The translations under genes and the position numbers were made by a program. DNA of 64,000 bases, taken from the NCBI GenBank assembly GCA_964563715.1, contig CAZLXA010000001.1, positions 33,613-97,612 on the forward strand, in the 5' to 3' direction. The notes under the pieces were generated by a model. The model did no database searches, was not told the origin of the DNA, and saw only the letters and a list, made by a program, of their open reading frames with translations. This document shows, one piece after another, positions 36,947 through 46,256 of this stretch. This DNA is from an uncultured Candidatus Saccharibacteria bacterium. GTDB taxonomy: Bacteria > Patescibacteriota > Minisyncoccia > Phycocordibacterales > UBA9973. Numbering within the stretch: position 1 is the stretch's first letter; each line of letters starts with the position of its first letter.

Positions 36947-37279
36947 ATGATCCCAAAGAAAAAGCGGGTGACAAAAAAAGTCTTTGATATCCTAATGAAG
37001 GAAGGAAAAACTTTTTCCACCGGGCTTTTTTTATTTTACTTTAAAAAAGGCGAAATAGCTCAATATACTTTTGTTGCTCCCAAAAAAGCCTTTAAAAACG
37101 CGGTATTAAGAAATAAATATCGGAGGATTGGCTACAATATCTTAAGAAAAAAGCCCCTAAATAAAGGCATTGGGATTTTTATCTATAAAAAACAAGCCTT
37201 AAATGCTAAAAACGAAGAAATCGAGCAAAATATTGACTATTTATTAAAAAAAATGGCTTTATATTATAAAACGTTGTAA
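36947..37279 (+). CDS. rnpA: Ribonuclease P protein component
   Basis: MIPKKKRV...KK...AVLRNKYRR (RNR-like motif); synteny rpmH-rnpA-yidD-yidC. Confidence 0.88.
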   Translation: MIPKKKRVTKKVFDILMKEGKTFSTGLFLFYFKKGEIAQYTFVAPKKAFKNAVLRNKYRRIGYNILRKKPLNKGIGIFIYKKQALNAKNEEIEQNIDYLLKKMALYYKTL

Positions 37280-37288
37280 AATACTTGT

Positions 37289-37364
37289 CCCGTTAGAAGA
37301 CTAAAGCTTTATTTATTATTAGTTAAAATAAGTATAAATTTCAAGATTTAATACTTCTAACGGG
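37289..37364 (+). mobile_element. Start-codon-abutting inverted-repeat element, copy 5 (before yidD)
   Basis: CCCGTTAGAAG...CTTCTAACGGG-ATG. Confidence 0.78.
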
Positions 37365-37568
37365 ATGAAGAAAATAATAATTTATTTAATTAATTTATAT
37401 CAAAAAACACCACTAAAATCTCATTCTTCTTGTGTTTTTTTGCCAACCTGCTCAGAGTACACCAAAGAAGCTGTTGTAAAATATGGCTCTATAAAGGGTT
37501 TATTTATAGGGTTTAGACGCATATTGCGTTGTCATCCCTGGCAAAAGAATCACTACGACCCACTATAA
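37365..37568 (+). CDS. yidD: Membrane protein insertion efficiency factor YidD
   Basis: C.F.PTCSEY...KYG..KG....RILRCHPW...YDP. Confidence 0.95.
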   Translation: MKKIIIYLINLYQKTPLKSHSSCVFLPTCSEYTKEAVVKYGSIKGLFIGFRRILRCHPWQKNHYDPL

Positions 37569-37634
37569 AATTATTTTTGGAAGTCCGACTTCCAAAAATT
37601 TTGAAATTTAGGGTTTTTAAGATACAATAGAACA

Positions 37635-38381
37635 ATGTCAGCTTTATGGAATAGTATTTTCTACCAACCAATATATAATATTTTAATTTTTATTATAGAC
37701 AACATCACTTTTGGGGATGTTGGTTTTGCTATTATTATCGTTACTATTATTGTTAAATTAATCCTCTCCCCCCTAACCCGCAAATCTATTAAAAGCCAGA
37801 TTTTAATGAAAAGGATGGAGCCAGAGCTTAAGCAGATTAAAAAAGATTTTCCCAACAAAGAAGAACAAGCCAAAAAAACATTTGAAATTTATAAAAAATA
37901 TGGAACAAACCCATTTTCTGGTTGTTTAGTTGTTTTACTACAACTACCAGTTATTTTTGCTTTGTATTATGTTTTTTATAAGCCATTCGCAGTTGATATG
38001 AGTTTAATATATAGCTTCATTCAAGCTCCAGCGACCCTACACACCAATTTCTTGGGTCTAATAGAAATGGGTAGCCAAAGTATTTTTCTGGGCTTAATGG
38101 CCGGCGTGACCCAGTTTATCCAAGGCTATTTGTCAACTCCAATGAAAACGAAAGATAAAATTGAAATTGTTGGGAAAAATAATGTTGATGAACCAAAAAC
38201 TTTTCAAGAACAGCTTTCAGATAGTATGCAAATGAATGTTAGATATGTTTTACCTATCTTTATTGCTTTTATTGCTTGGAAGATATCGGCGGCGGTTGCA
38301 TTATATTGGATTGTGAGTAATATATTTACTATCGCCCAAGAGTGGTATATACGTCGAAAATTGTCCAATAATGTCATTTAA
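37635..38381 (+). CDS. yidC: Membrane protein insertase YidC
   Basis: GFAII..TI.VK..L.PL, NPFSGCL..LLQLP and LYWIVSN. Confidence 0.95.
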   Translation: MSALWNSIFYQPIYNILIFIIDNITFGDVGFAIIIVTIIVKLILSPLTRKSIKSQILMKRMEPELKQIKKDFPNKEEQAKKTFEIYKKYGTNPFSGCLVVLLQLPVIFALYYVFYKPFAVDMSLIYSFIQAPATLHTNFLGLIEMGSQSIFLGLMAGVTQFIQGYLSTPMKTKDKIEIVGKNNVDEPKTFQEQLSDSMQMNVRYVLPIFIAFIAWKISAAVALYWIVSNIFTIAQEWYIRRKLSNNVI

Positions 38382-38386
38382 ACTGT

Positions 38387-38851
38387 ATGCATAAAGATAA
38401 AATAAAAGAAGCCATAGAGCAAATATTTAAACATACTGCCTGCACCATCACGAAGTGTGATTTTTCTGAAGAAGGAAATATTCTTTGGTGTAGTATTGAA
38501 ACACCTGATTCTCATTTTATTATTGGCCGAGATGGTGAAACACTGAGGTCACTAAATCATATTGTTCAGAGAATTGTTGAGAAAGGAATTGTTGAAGAAG
38601 AAAAAGGGCCAAGTTTATTTATTGATGTGAACGGTTATCAAAAAAAGCGTTTTGAAAATTTAAAAAATATTGCTCACATGATGGCTGAAAGGGCTCGTTA
38701 TTTTAAAAGTAATATTGAAGTAGACCCTATGCCCTCTTATGAAAGACGCATTATTCATATGTTTTTAGAAGGAGATAAAAACATTAAAACTGAATCAGAA
38801 GGTTATGGGCCAAATCGAAGAGTGGTGATTAAGTATGTTGAGAATAATTAA
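38387..38851 (+). CDS. jag: Jag/KhpB-like KH-R3H RNA-binding protein
   Basis: IIGRDGETL KH motif and PM.SYERRIIH R3H motif. Confidence 0.88.
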   Translation: MHKDKIKEAIEQIFKHTACTITKCDFSEEGNILWCSIETPDSHFIIGRDGETLRSLNHIVQRIVEKGIVEEEKGPSLFIDVNGYQKKRFENLKNIAHMMAERARYFKSNIEVDPMPSYERRIIHMFLEGDKNIKTESEGYGPNRRVVIKYVENN

Positions 38852-38852
38852 A

Positions 38853-38952
38853 AATTACGAATTACGAATTACGAATTAAAAAAATACTTGAAACGAAGTT
38901 TCAAGTATTTTTTGTTTCACATCCGTAATTCGTAATTATTAATTCGTAATTA
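38853..38952. repeat. Two converging heptamer arrays flanking a bidirectional terminator
   Basis: (AATTACG)x3 at 38853-38878 (+); hairpin AAAATACTTGAAAC...GTTTCAAGTATTTT; array 38921-38952 (-). Confidence 0.8.
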
Positions 38953-40452
38953 ATTTAGGTCCAAACTCCACAATGTTGAGTCTTTTTTATTAGTGAAGAA
39001 TAAGGTATTTTCTGTTTTATCTAAGAATAGATAAGTTCCGTCAACTGGTGTTTCGGTTGTTGAATTAGCCAATGTTGTTTTATTACCAGTCCCAGTATTT
39101 ATTTTTACAAAATAATCATCAAAAGAAACAATTCCTTGATACCAAATATCTGGATATTGATTTCCAGTTATAACACTTGGGATGGCACAATAAATACTAA
39201 TACGGTCAGATGACCAAACACATTTTTCTGGCAAACCATAAGTATCTAAATCTTTGGTGGTATTTGTACTTATATTATAAACACCAAGGCGAGGGCCAGT
39301 TGGGGTCGAAGTGTTATATAAAACCATAGAACCATTTGGGTTAATCATTGTTGTTAGGCCATCTATCCCCCCAAGAATTTTAGTCGTAGTTTTGTTTATT
39401 TGATTTAATGAAAACATACTGCCCTCAACACTATAAGATGGTTTGGTTGTTAAATATATTTTACCAACACTATCCCACTCAGAGAGCCATTCAGTAAAAG
39501 GAGAAGTAAATACTATATCCCTTTTTGTCTCCCCAAATATTCCAACTGTTCCTGTGACGCCACTACTATTTTCTGTTAGATAAAAATATTTTGTTTTATC
39601 AGGAGAAACACTAATGTTTGAAATATTTTGCGGCAAGAATTCTCCTTTTGGTGCACCAAGCGAAGCTACAAAACTACTAATAAGATTATCACTTGAAAGA
39701 TATCTGTAAATAACTGTCTCACCTCCCCTATTAAATAAAGCTTCATAGATACTTGGGATAGTTGAATTAGAAATTTTGTCTTTGTTCTTGGTGTCTAAAA
39801 ACATTTTATAAATGTGACCATTCATTCTCTCAACATAACGGATAGAAGGAGCAGTTTCGAACTGACTTTTTTCTGGACTATCACCAACTTTTGTAGTTTT
39901 TAAGAAAAAAGGAGCAGTTTCAGTATCGATTTGACCTGTTTCTGTAAGATTATTTAATTTTTGAAAATCTTTGATTGCTTGGATTGATTTTTTGCCTAAA
40001 TTTCCATCGGCCACAAGTGGTGGATTAAGAGAAAGACTTTGATTTAAAAAGATTTGAATATCTTTTTTCCCTTCTTTAGTTGTTGAATCTATGACTGTTG
40101 TAATTTCTGTGGGGGCTGGAGTTTCGGTTGTTGTTTCTATTGGTCTTGTATCTTCTAAAAAGGTGGCACCAGCGATAGCAAAGTCGGTAATCTTAGTGAA
40201 ACGTGAATATGTTGATATTATGTTGCCAGGCTCTTGGTTAACAATATTACCGTCACCATTTGTATTATTTGGGTCGAGTTCCCCGTTGTTATTAATACCA
40301 CCAGTACCAAAAGGATTAAAACTTTGATACCAAGGACTTGTGCCATCTGGACTCGTTGTTTTGTCTTTATTAATCCAAAAATAAACTCCGAGGATAATTA
40401 TTCCGGTGGTGATAAAAACTGTTATAAAAAGAATGATTGTTTTTTTTGACAT
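38950..40452 (-). CDS. Membrane-anchored protein with peptidoglycan-binding domain and propeller-like C-terminus
   Basis: N-terminal TM; DG..G..S..AIK.FQ...L...G PG-binding motif; start placed at MSKKT (40452). Confidence 0.75.
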   Translation of the reverse strand: MSKKTIILFITVFITTGIIILGVYFWINKDKTTSPDGTSPWYQSFNPFGTGGINNNGELDPNNTNGDGNIVNQEPGNIISTYSRFTKITDFAIAGATFLEDTRPIETTTETPAPTEITTVIDSTTKEGKKDIQIFLNQSLSLNPPLVADGNLGKKSIQAIKDFQKLNNLTETGQIDTETAPFFLKTTKVGDSPEKSQFETAPSIRYVERMNGHIYKMFLDTKNKDKISNSTIPSIYEALFNRGGETVIYRYLSSDNLISSFVASLGAPKGEFLPQNISNISVSPDKTKYFYLTENSSGVTGTVGIFGETKRDIVFTSPFTEWLSEWDSVGKIYLTTKPSYSVEGSMFSLNQINKTTTKILGGIDGLTTMINPNGSMVLYNTSTPTGPRLGVYNISTNTTKDLDTYGLPEKCVWSSDRISIYCAIPSVITGNQYPDIWYQGIVSFDDYFVKINTGTGNKTTLANSTTETPVDGTYLFLDKTENTLFFTNKKDSTLWSLDLN

Positions 40453-40456
40453 AAAA

Positions 40457-42115
40457 TTATAGTGAACAATATTTTGGCTCAGGGCAATTTGGATACTTAC
40501 AAGTTTGTTTTCCTCCACCGTACTCAAAATGCCAAGCCTCAAAATTTAACCTTTGAAAACCCGCCTTATCTAATATTTTTTCTATTTCCCCAGAAGCACG
40601 CGTATTTTTGCAGTTATTTACTTTTTTACCATCAAAATAAAAATAAAAATCAACAGCGGAACCAACCCCATGATTACTTAATGCAGGGTATGCATATTTC
40701 TCTCCTAAACCACCAGGATTTTTGTATATGGAATTACACATTACCCTAATTTGATCTTTTGCTGGCCTATAAACAGAGACAACCTTAAAAGAATAATTTC
40801 TATTTGGTATTGAACCCTGAGCAATAAGGGAATCAATCGCGGGTTTTATTTTTTTTAACCCTAATATTACATTACTAGCAGCTGTACAATTTAAACAACC
40901 AGAATTTTTTTCTACATTCGGTATCTTATCAAAATTTTGAGCCAACGATGGAGACATTACACCCGGAGGAGTGCCTGTATAGTCTTTACCATTATTTGTA
41001 TTAGTGCATAATGCCTTGCAAGTTGTTATATCTGTACATAATTTAGTTGTTCCATTACCACCTCCTGTAGATTTGATTTCTTGCACATCCATTCTTATGA
41101 CCTCTTCTTCTATAGCAGCGCTGACTTGATCAATACGGACTCCCCCATTTAATAAGTCCGGATTGATGGTATTTAGTAATGCATATGAGCCGAGAGCAAT
41201 TAAAAGTCCCAAGATGGCAGCCATTATTTTACTTTTGGCTTCCGTTTTCCCAAAAATTGATTCATCTCCCATGTATTGAATTCCACCGAGGACAATCATA
41301 ATTACAGCTAGAGCTCCACAAAGCCCGATAGCAATCAAAAATATAGTATTAAAATATTCACCAATATTATCTGGAGCAAATTTGAAGTTACCAATCGGTG
41401 CGAGAAGTTCATATACTTCATTACCCCCCGTGCCATTATTTTCTGGGTCAATATCTTGTGGGTCAACTGCGAGTTTGAATCTTTGAGAACTAACAGCTTC
41501 ACCCGCTGGGTTACGAACAGTAATGCTTCCATCAATTGCTCCCATAGGGACTGCAACAGTAAGGGTGTTATCAGTTTTTATTGCGGTAGACATATCTGCA
41601 CTTTTTATTCCAAAAAAGACAGCTGAAGTATTTCCAAGGTTAGCTCCTTTTATTGTTATGTTTTCCCCTATCTTAGCTTCAAGGGGAGAAACACTTGTAA
41701 TTGTCGGCTTGTTTATATCAACAATCATTCCCTCTGGAGTTACATTCACTGATTTTTTAATTTGAGGAGTGGTATTTAAAGTAAAATTAAAAGTATATGT
41801 AATACCCCCAGTTAAAACATTCCCTGAATAATAAACCGAAGCGTGGTCTATGACCGTAATATTTCGTGCAGGGACTACTATATTCTGAAGTTGTAAACCT
41901 TCTACTGTAATCGATGTATTGTCTGGAGTGTATGTAGTTTTTATGTTGAATTTATAACCGAAGAGCTTCCCATCATCACTTTGGGTAGGGATAGGGGTAG
42001 CGATTGTCATAGATGGTGTAGGTCCTACAGCCTCGACTTTTTGTATTTTACTAACAGAAAAAAACGGAGTTAAAATTAATGTTATTAAAAAAAGGTATAC
42101 AAATAATTTTTTCAT
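40457..42115 (-). CDS. IPT/TIG domain + pilin-like TM hairpin + M15B-type peptidase fusion
   Basis: PTITSVSP..GE.ITI.G (IPT); AV..IV.GGI.Y...AK..I..AI.GL...L.TINP (pilin-like); SNHGVGSAVD and EAWHFE (VanY/M15). Confidence 0.8.
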   Translation of the reverse strand: MKKLFVYLFLITLILTPFFSVSKIQKVEAVGPTPSMTIATPIPTQSDDGKLFGYKFNIKTTYTPDNTSITVEGLQLQNIVVPARNITVIDHASVYYSGNVLTGGITYTFNFTLNTTPQIKKSVNVTPEGMIVDINKPTITSVSPLEAKIGENITIKGANLGNTSAVFFGIKSADMSTAIKTDNTLTVAVPMGAIDGSITVRNPAGEAVSSQRFKLAVDPQDIDPENNGTGGNEVYELLAPIGNFKFAPDNIGEYFNTIFLIAIGLCGALAVIMIVLGGIQYMGDESIFGKTEAKSKIMAAILGLLIALGSYALLNTINPDLLNGGVRIDQVSAAIEEEVIRMDVQEIKSTGGGNGTTKLCTDITTCKALCTNTNNGKDYTGTPPGVMSPSLAQNFDKIPNVEKNSGCLNCTAASNVILGLKKIKPAIDSLIAQGSIPNRNYSFKVVSVYRPAKDQIRVMCNSIYKNPGGLGEKYAYPALSNHGVGSAVDFYFYFDGKKVNNCKNTRASGEIEKILDKAGFQRLNFEAWHFEYGGGKQTCKYPNCPEPKYCSL

Positions 42116-42116
42116 A

Positions 42117-43112
42117 TTATAAATTTAATTTTAATTGATTATTAATTTTTTGAAATAATTCATTCATATTTTGTATAACTAAACTTATTGTTGCATATCC
42201 CCCACGTGATGTTGGTCGGACTGTGAGTTCGTTTTTCTTTGAGGGGGTTTGAATATTATTACCATTTATTTTCCAATTATAAGTAAAATTAGTTTCATTG
42301 TTTTTTAAAGTTAAAAAGTATGGTTCAGCAATGAGAGTTACTTCATCTTCAAACATATCAGCTTCTTTTTCTAAAGCTTGATTATAAAGTATTCCTTCAG
42401 TTGGGGATTTTTTATAAAAAACTATTTTAGGACTGTAAGTTGGAATTTGTATTGTTTTTTCAGCCGTATAGCGTCCATCAACAGAAGAAGCAGCAACGGT
42501 AATTTCATTTTTTGTATCAAACATACTGTTTTTAAAAATATATGAATTTTTATTATAGCCGGACGCATCTAAAACTGCACTATTATTGTTTTTCCAATTA
42601 TAAGTAATACTTCCACTACCGGATTTTATAGTATCGGTATTTGGAATTGCTACAGCCTTAATTAAGGAACCACTAGATGGAAGAGATTTACCCTTATAAA
42701 AAGGTGGAGTATAACCATTGACTGATTCCCACATAATTTCGATTTCCGAAGGAGTGATAGCGATTCTTTTATTGATTGTCGTCATTGAACCTACCGGAGT
42801 AATAGTGATATCAAAAATATTAGCCGTATTAGGTCCGGAAGCTTTAAATGAATAACTTGTTTTTCCAATTCCAGAGAGGACAGTATTACCAGATGTTTTC
42901 CAAACTATAATTGCTTTATTTAAATCAGTCGCATAACTAGTCAAAGTTATTGTTACATCTTCATATGGAGCAGGATTATTTGGATTAACCTCAACACTCA
43001 ATTCATTATCTTGAACTTCGATTTGCATCTCAGCTAAAGAATTATACGGCCAATTTAAGATGGTCAAAACAAAAATCAAAACTAGAAAAAATTTTATTTT
43101 TATTAATTTCAC
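42117..43112 (-). CDS. Secreted beta-rich hypothetical protein
   Basis: Signal peptide; YTPPFYKGKSLP motif; within the T4SS-like cluster. Confidence 0.75.
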   Translation of the reverse strand: MKLIKIKFFLVLIFVLTILNWPYNSLAEMQIEVQDNELSVEVNPNNPAPYEDVTITLTSYATDLNKAIIVWKTSGNTVLSGIGKTSYSFKASGPNTANIFDITITPVGSMTTINKRIAITPSEIEIMWESVNGYTPPFYKGKSLPSSGSLIKAVAIPNTDTIKSGSGSITYNWKNNNSAVLDASGYNKNSYIFKNSMFDTKNEITVAASSVDGRYTAEKTIQIPTYSPKIVFYKKSPTEGILYNQALEKEADMFEDEVTLIAEPYFLTLKNNETNFTYNWKINGNNIQTPSKKNELTVRPTSRGGYATISLVIQNMNELFQKINNQLKLNL

Positions 43113-43155
43113 TATGTTTATTATATAATAACTTTCACCTCATAACAACAGGCCT

Positions 43156-44991
43156 TTAACCGTTGTTTGCGGCCAATAATTCCCCTTTGGCTTTTTTAAT
43201 CGCTAAAATTTGTGACGGGTCGGAAGTAATGATTTGATCTTCAGTATAGGAGGCAATAGTCTTAATAGCCACATGCTTTAAGCCAGCAAAGAATATTCCC
43301 TCGCCAACATTAGCTTCGAGTAATAAATATTTTTCTTCCTCAGTCAAATTAAATGTTTTTTGTAAAACATCAACGGTTGAAGGAGATTGTTTTAATAGTA
43401 ACTGAATAGAAGAATTGGTCACGATCGGTATACCATAAGCACTTTTCATGAAGTCACCAACATCTTGAGTAATTGTCGCTAAGCCTAAATAATATTTTCG
43501 GCCTCTTTTTGCAATAGAGTAAAGAAAAGATGCTGTATCTTCGGATTTCATCATCCACCAAGCTTCATCAACAACAAGTAAGCGTTTCTTGATATTTTTA
43601 CGAACGGCATTCCAAATATAATGAGTAATGATATACATAGCAATTGGTTTTAATTCATCTTCCATGTCGCGAACTGAAAATACAATAAACTTACGATTAA
43701 TATCAATATTTGAAGGTTGGTTGAGGAATGAAGACCATGAACCATGAGTATATTTGGTTAGTCTTTGCATTAATGATTCACTTCCCTCCATCCCAGAGAG
43801 AATAACTTCAAAGTCCGATAACATTGGCGGTTCAATATTTCTAAAATCAGAATCAGCGGTAATATCTTTAAGAGCATAAGTTTCAGTAATAGCTGTATCA
43901 ATAATAGAATCCTCTTCAGGAGTTAAGCCTCCCAACATAATTCTAAATAATCCAACTAAGCTAATAGTATTAGAGCGTAAAACATCGGCTGGGGTTTCAT
44001 CGCCTGTTGGAATTGGTAAATCAAATGGATTAATGTGATGGTCCGATGATAGAGCAATATTAAAACATCTTCCACCAATAGCTTCGGCTAAATATTCATA
44101 TTCTCGTTCAGGGTCAATAACAATAACTTCAGTATCAAACATCAAAGTTCGAATAATTTCTAATTTTGTGGCATATGATTTACCAGCTCCGGATGTGGCG
44201 AAAGTAATAGAATTGTAATTTGGAAGTGAAAATCGGTCAAATAAAATAAGACTTGAGTTGTGACGATTTACTCCATAAAGAATTCCTTTATCTTCTGTTA
44301 AGTCAAAAGAAACGAATGGAAAAATACTTGAAAGTGGTTCAGTGTTTAATTTTTGATGAATGCCTAAAATGTCTGTTCCAAGTGGAATGACGCTTTTAAA
44401 GCCTTCATTTTGTTGAAATAGAGCTGGTTTTAGATAAATTAATTTTGATTCGAGTAACGATTTAATTTCATTTTCAATTTTAAATAAATCATTATCATCA
44501 TTAGCATAAACTGTAATATAAAGACCAACATCAAACATTTTTTCTTGGGCTTGCATTAAATTGTCTCGCAAATCCTCTAAATCTTTATAGGCCGTGTCTA
44601 GCATTGGATCACGAACAAGACCTTTTGATTCACGGATAGCAATTTGACTTTGGACTTCAGCCACTTTTTTCTGGAAAGACCTCAATATTTCAGCCGTTTC
44701 AATTGGGTGGATAAAAATAGAAACATCGAAAACTTTATCCAAATTGATAATTGGTGAAAACCAATTATCAGAAAGATAGCGAGGATATGAAATAACAAAA
44801 AATGTTCGGACGATTTTATCTCCCAAGTTAAGTGATTTAGGTGTTATCTGTAAAGCAGACGGAGCAATGATGTCTTGGAGTTCTAGAGTTGCCGCTTTAT
44901 AGACTTCATTCGGCAAAATTGGCATCATGCCACTTCTATTATTAGTGTCATTTGTTTTCCCTTTTCCAAATAATGATGAAAGTATACTCAT
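43156..44991 (-). CDS. VirB4-like type IV secretion ATPase
   Basis: ATSGAGKS Walker A, IDPEREY, LVVDEAW Walker B, RGRKY, ITQ. Confidence 0.9.
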   Translation of the reverse strand: MSILSSLFGKGKTNDTNNRSGMMPILPNEVYKAATLELQDIIAPSALQITPKSLNLGDKIVRTFFVISYPRYLSDNWFSPIINLDKVFDVSIFIHPIETAEILRSFQKKVAEVQSQIAIRESKGLVRDPMLDTAYKDLEDLRDNLMQAQEKMFDVGLYITVYANDDNDLFKIENEIKSLLESKLIYLKPALFQQNEGFKSVIPLGTDILGIHQKLNTEPLSSIFPFVSFDLTEDKGILYGVNRHNSSLILFDRFSLPNYNSITFATSGAGKSYATKLEIIRTLMFDTEVIVIDPEREYEYLAEAIGGRCFNIALSSDHHINPFDLPIPTGDETPADVLRSNTISLVGLFRIMLGGLTPEEDSIIDTAITETYALKDITADSDFRNIEPPMLSDFEVILSGMEGSESLMQRLTKYTHGSWSSFLNQPSNIDINRKFIVFSVRDMEDELKPIAMYIITHYIWNAVRKNIKKRLLVVDEAWWMMKSEDTASFLYSIAKRGRKYYLGLATITQDVGDFMKSAYGIPIVTNSSIQLLLKQSPSTVDVLQKTFNLTEEEKYLLLEANVGEGIFFAGLKHVAIKTIASYTEDQIITSDPSQILAIKKAKGELLAANNG

Positions 44992-45638
44992 TTTAGTTTT
45001 ATACCCTGACTAATATCCCCAGGATTGAATGTTTTATAAAAAAGTTCGACAACTTGGTCAGTAGTTAATTCTGTTGTTCTGATGCCGACTCGTCCTAGAC
45101 CACTGATGATAACTCCAACCCGTTGGTCTAATTGAGTTCTTTTTTCTTCAAATGAAGCTAAATCCATTGCTTTTTTAGTATTTTCAATTTGTTTTTTTTG
45201 CGATCCCCCACCAAGCAAACTATCAACCATACCATCACTTGATTTAATAATTGTTGGACTGTAAGGCACAACAATAAAAAATGTTTTGGTCATAATATTA
45301 ACTTCATCAGTAAAAGATTTAATAAAATCAATATATTCTTTGGTTTGAATTTTTAGAAGTGGTTCAACTTGGGCTTTGAGTCTTTCTTCGAGCGATAAAA
45401 GATAATGTCTAATATCTAAACGGCGAGACTGCATACATATTTGAGTTGGAAAATCGAGTCCATTAATGAAATTTTGAAATTCATTAATAATGGCGGCTTG
45501 TTCATCGGAGGATTTTAAAGATAAATTTAAAGATGAAGCAAGTAATACCGCCCGAAGACCACCGTCTTTTAAAACGATGATACCATTTCGCACTTCTTTA
45601 ATTGGAACGAATTCTTGTGAACTTTTTGCACTAATCAT
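44988..45638 (-). CDS. VirB4-associated conjugation-type protein
   Basis: Overlaps the virB4-like start; N.SLKS..EQ..I...F.NF.N.L.FP.QI pattern. Confidence 0.7.
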   Translation of the reverse strand: MISAKSSQEFVPIKEVRNGIIVLKDGGLRAVLLASSLNLSLKSSDEQAAIINEFQNFINGLDFPTQICMQSRRLDIRHYLLSLEERLKAQVEPLLKIQTKEYIDFIKSFTDEVNIMTKTFFIVVPYSPTIIKSSDGMVDSLLGGGSQKKQIENTKKAMDLASFEEKRTQLDQRVGVIISGLGRVGIRTTELTTDQVVELFYKTFNPGDISQGIKLK

Positions 45639-45647
45639 ATGTATAAT

Positions 45648-45788
45648 TAATTACGAATTACGAATTAATGATTACGAATTAAAAACTAATAACATTATAT
45701 CATAATTATGAACACTTTCACCCCTCTTTTTGTTTCTTAGTTTTAAACCCGTCTTTCATTCGTAATCCGTAATTATTAATTCGTAATT
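45648..45788. repeat. Inverted pair of heptamer arrays enclosing a 75-bp spacer (empty element)
   Basis: + array 45648-45681 and - array 45757-45788 running into ATGAAA. Confidence 0.8.
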
Positions 45789-45800
45789 GACCAAAACAAG

Positions 45801-46208
45801 TTACTGATTGTTTTGGTCCTTAACATCTAAATTCCAAGACAAATCTTTTAGTTTATTTTCTGTCGTCATTGGGACGATTGAAACAAGAGGCATAGTTATT
45901 TCCTCTTCTTTTTTAACCTCAGGTTTTGCTAATCTTTGTTTCCAGATATAAAGCTTATTTGAAACAAAATAATTTAGTCCAGCCTGGAGGTAGAAAATAA
46001 AAGGTTTTTCATTTATTTTATAAAAAACTAAAGCAAGAGATAGCCCAACTACAGGGAGTATAAAAATAATAGCAAGCCATAAAGGCAGAGCTTTATATAA
46101 AACAAAAGAGGCACCAGCACCGCCTGCTAAATAAGCGAATTGGCGAAAGGTAAAAGGGCCAAATAATTTGTCCTCGATATCAATAAATTGTGGGACTTTA
46201 AATTGCAT
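45801..46208 (-). CDS. PrgI family protein
   Basis: F.VPQFID.EDKLFGP.T.RQF followed by two TM helices, upstream of the VirB4-like gene. Confidence 0.88.
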   Translation of the reverse strand: MQFKVPQFIDIEDKLFGPFTFRQFAYLAGGAGASFVLYKALPLWLAIIFILPVVGLSLALVFYKINEKPFIFYLQAGLNYFVSNKLYIWKQRLAKPEVKKEEEITMPLVSIVPMTTENKLKDLSWNLDVKDQNNQ

Positions 46209-46215
46209 TTGAGAA

Positions 46216-46247
46216 TAATTACGAATTACGAATTAATAATTACGAAT
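46216..46247 (+). repeat. Heptamer array downstream of the four-helix-bundle gene
   Basis: TAATTACGAATTACGAATTAATAATTACGAAT. Confidence 0.85.
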
Positions 46248-46256
46248 GTGGGATGC

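Noticed and set aside
40453-40542. Upstream start for the PG-binding protein
   Set aside because: Overlaps the preceding gene; MSKKT at 40452 gives a normal N-terminal anchor
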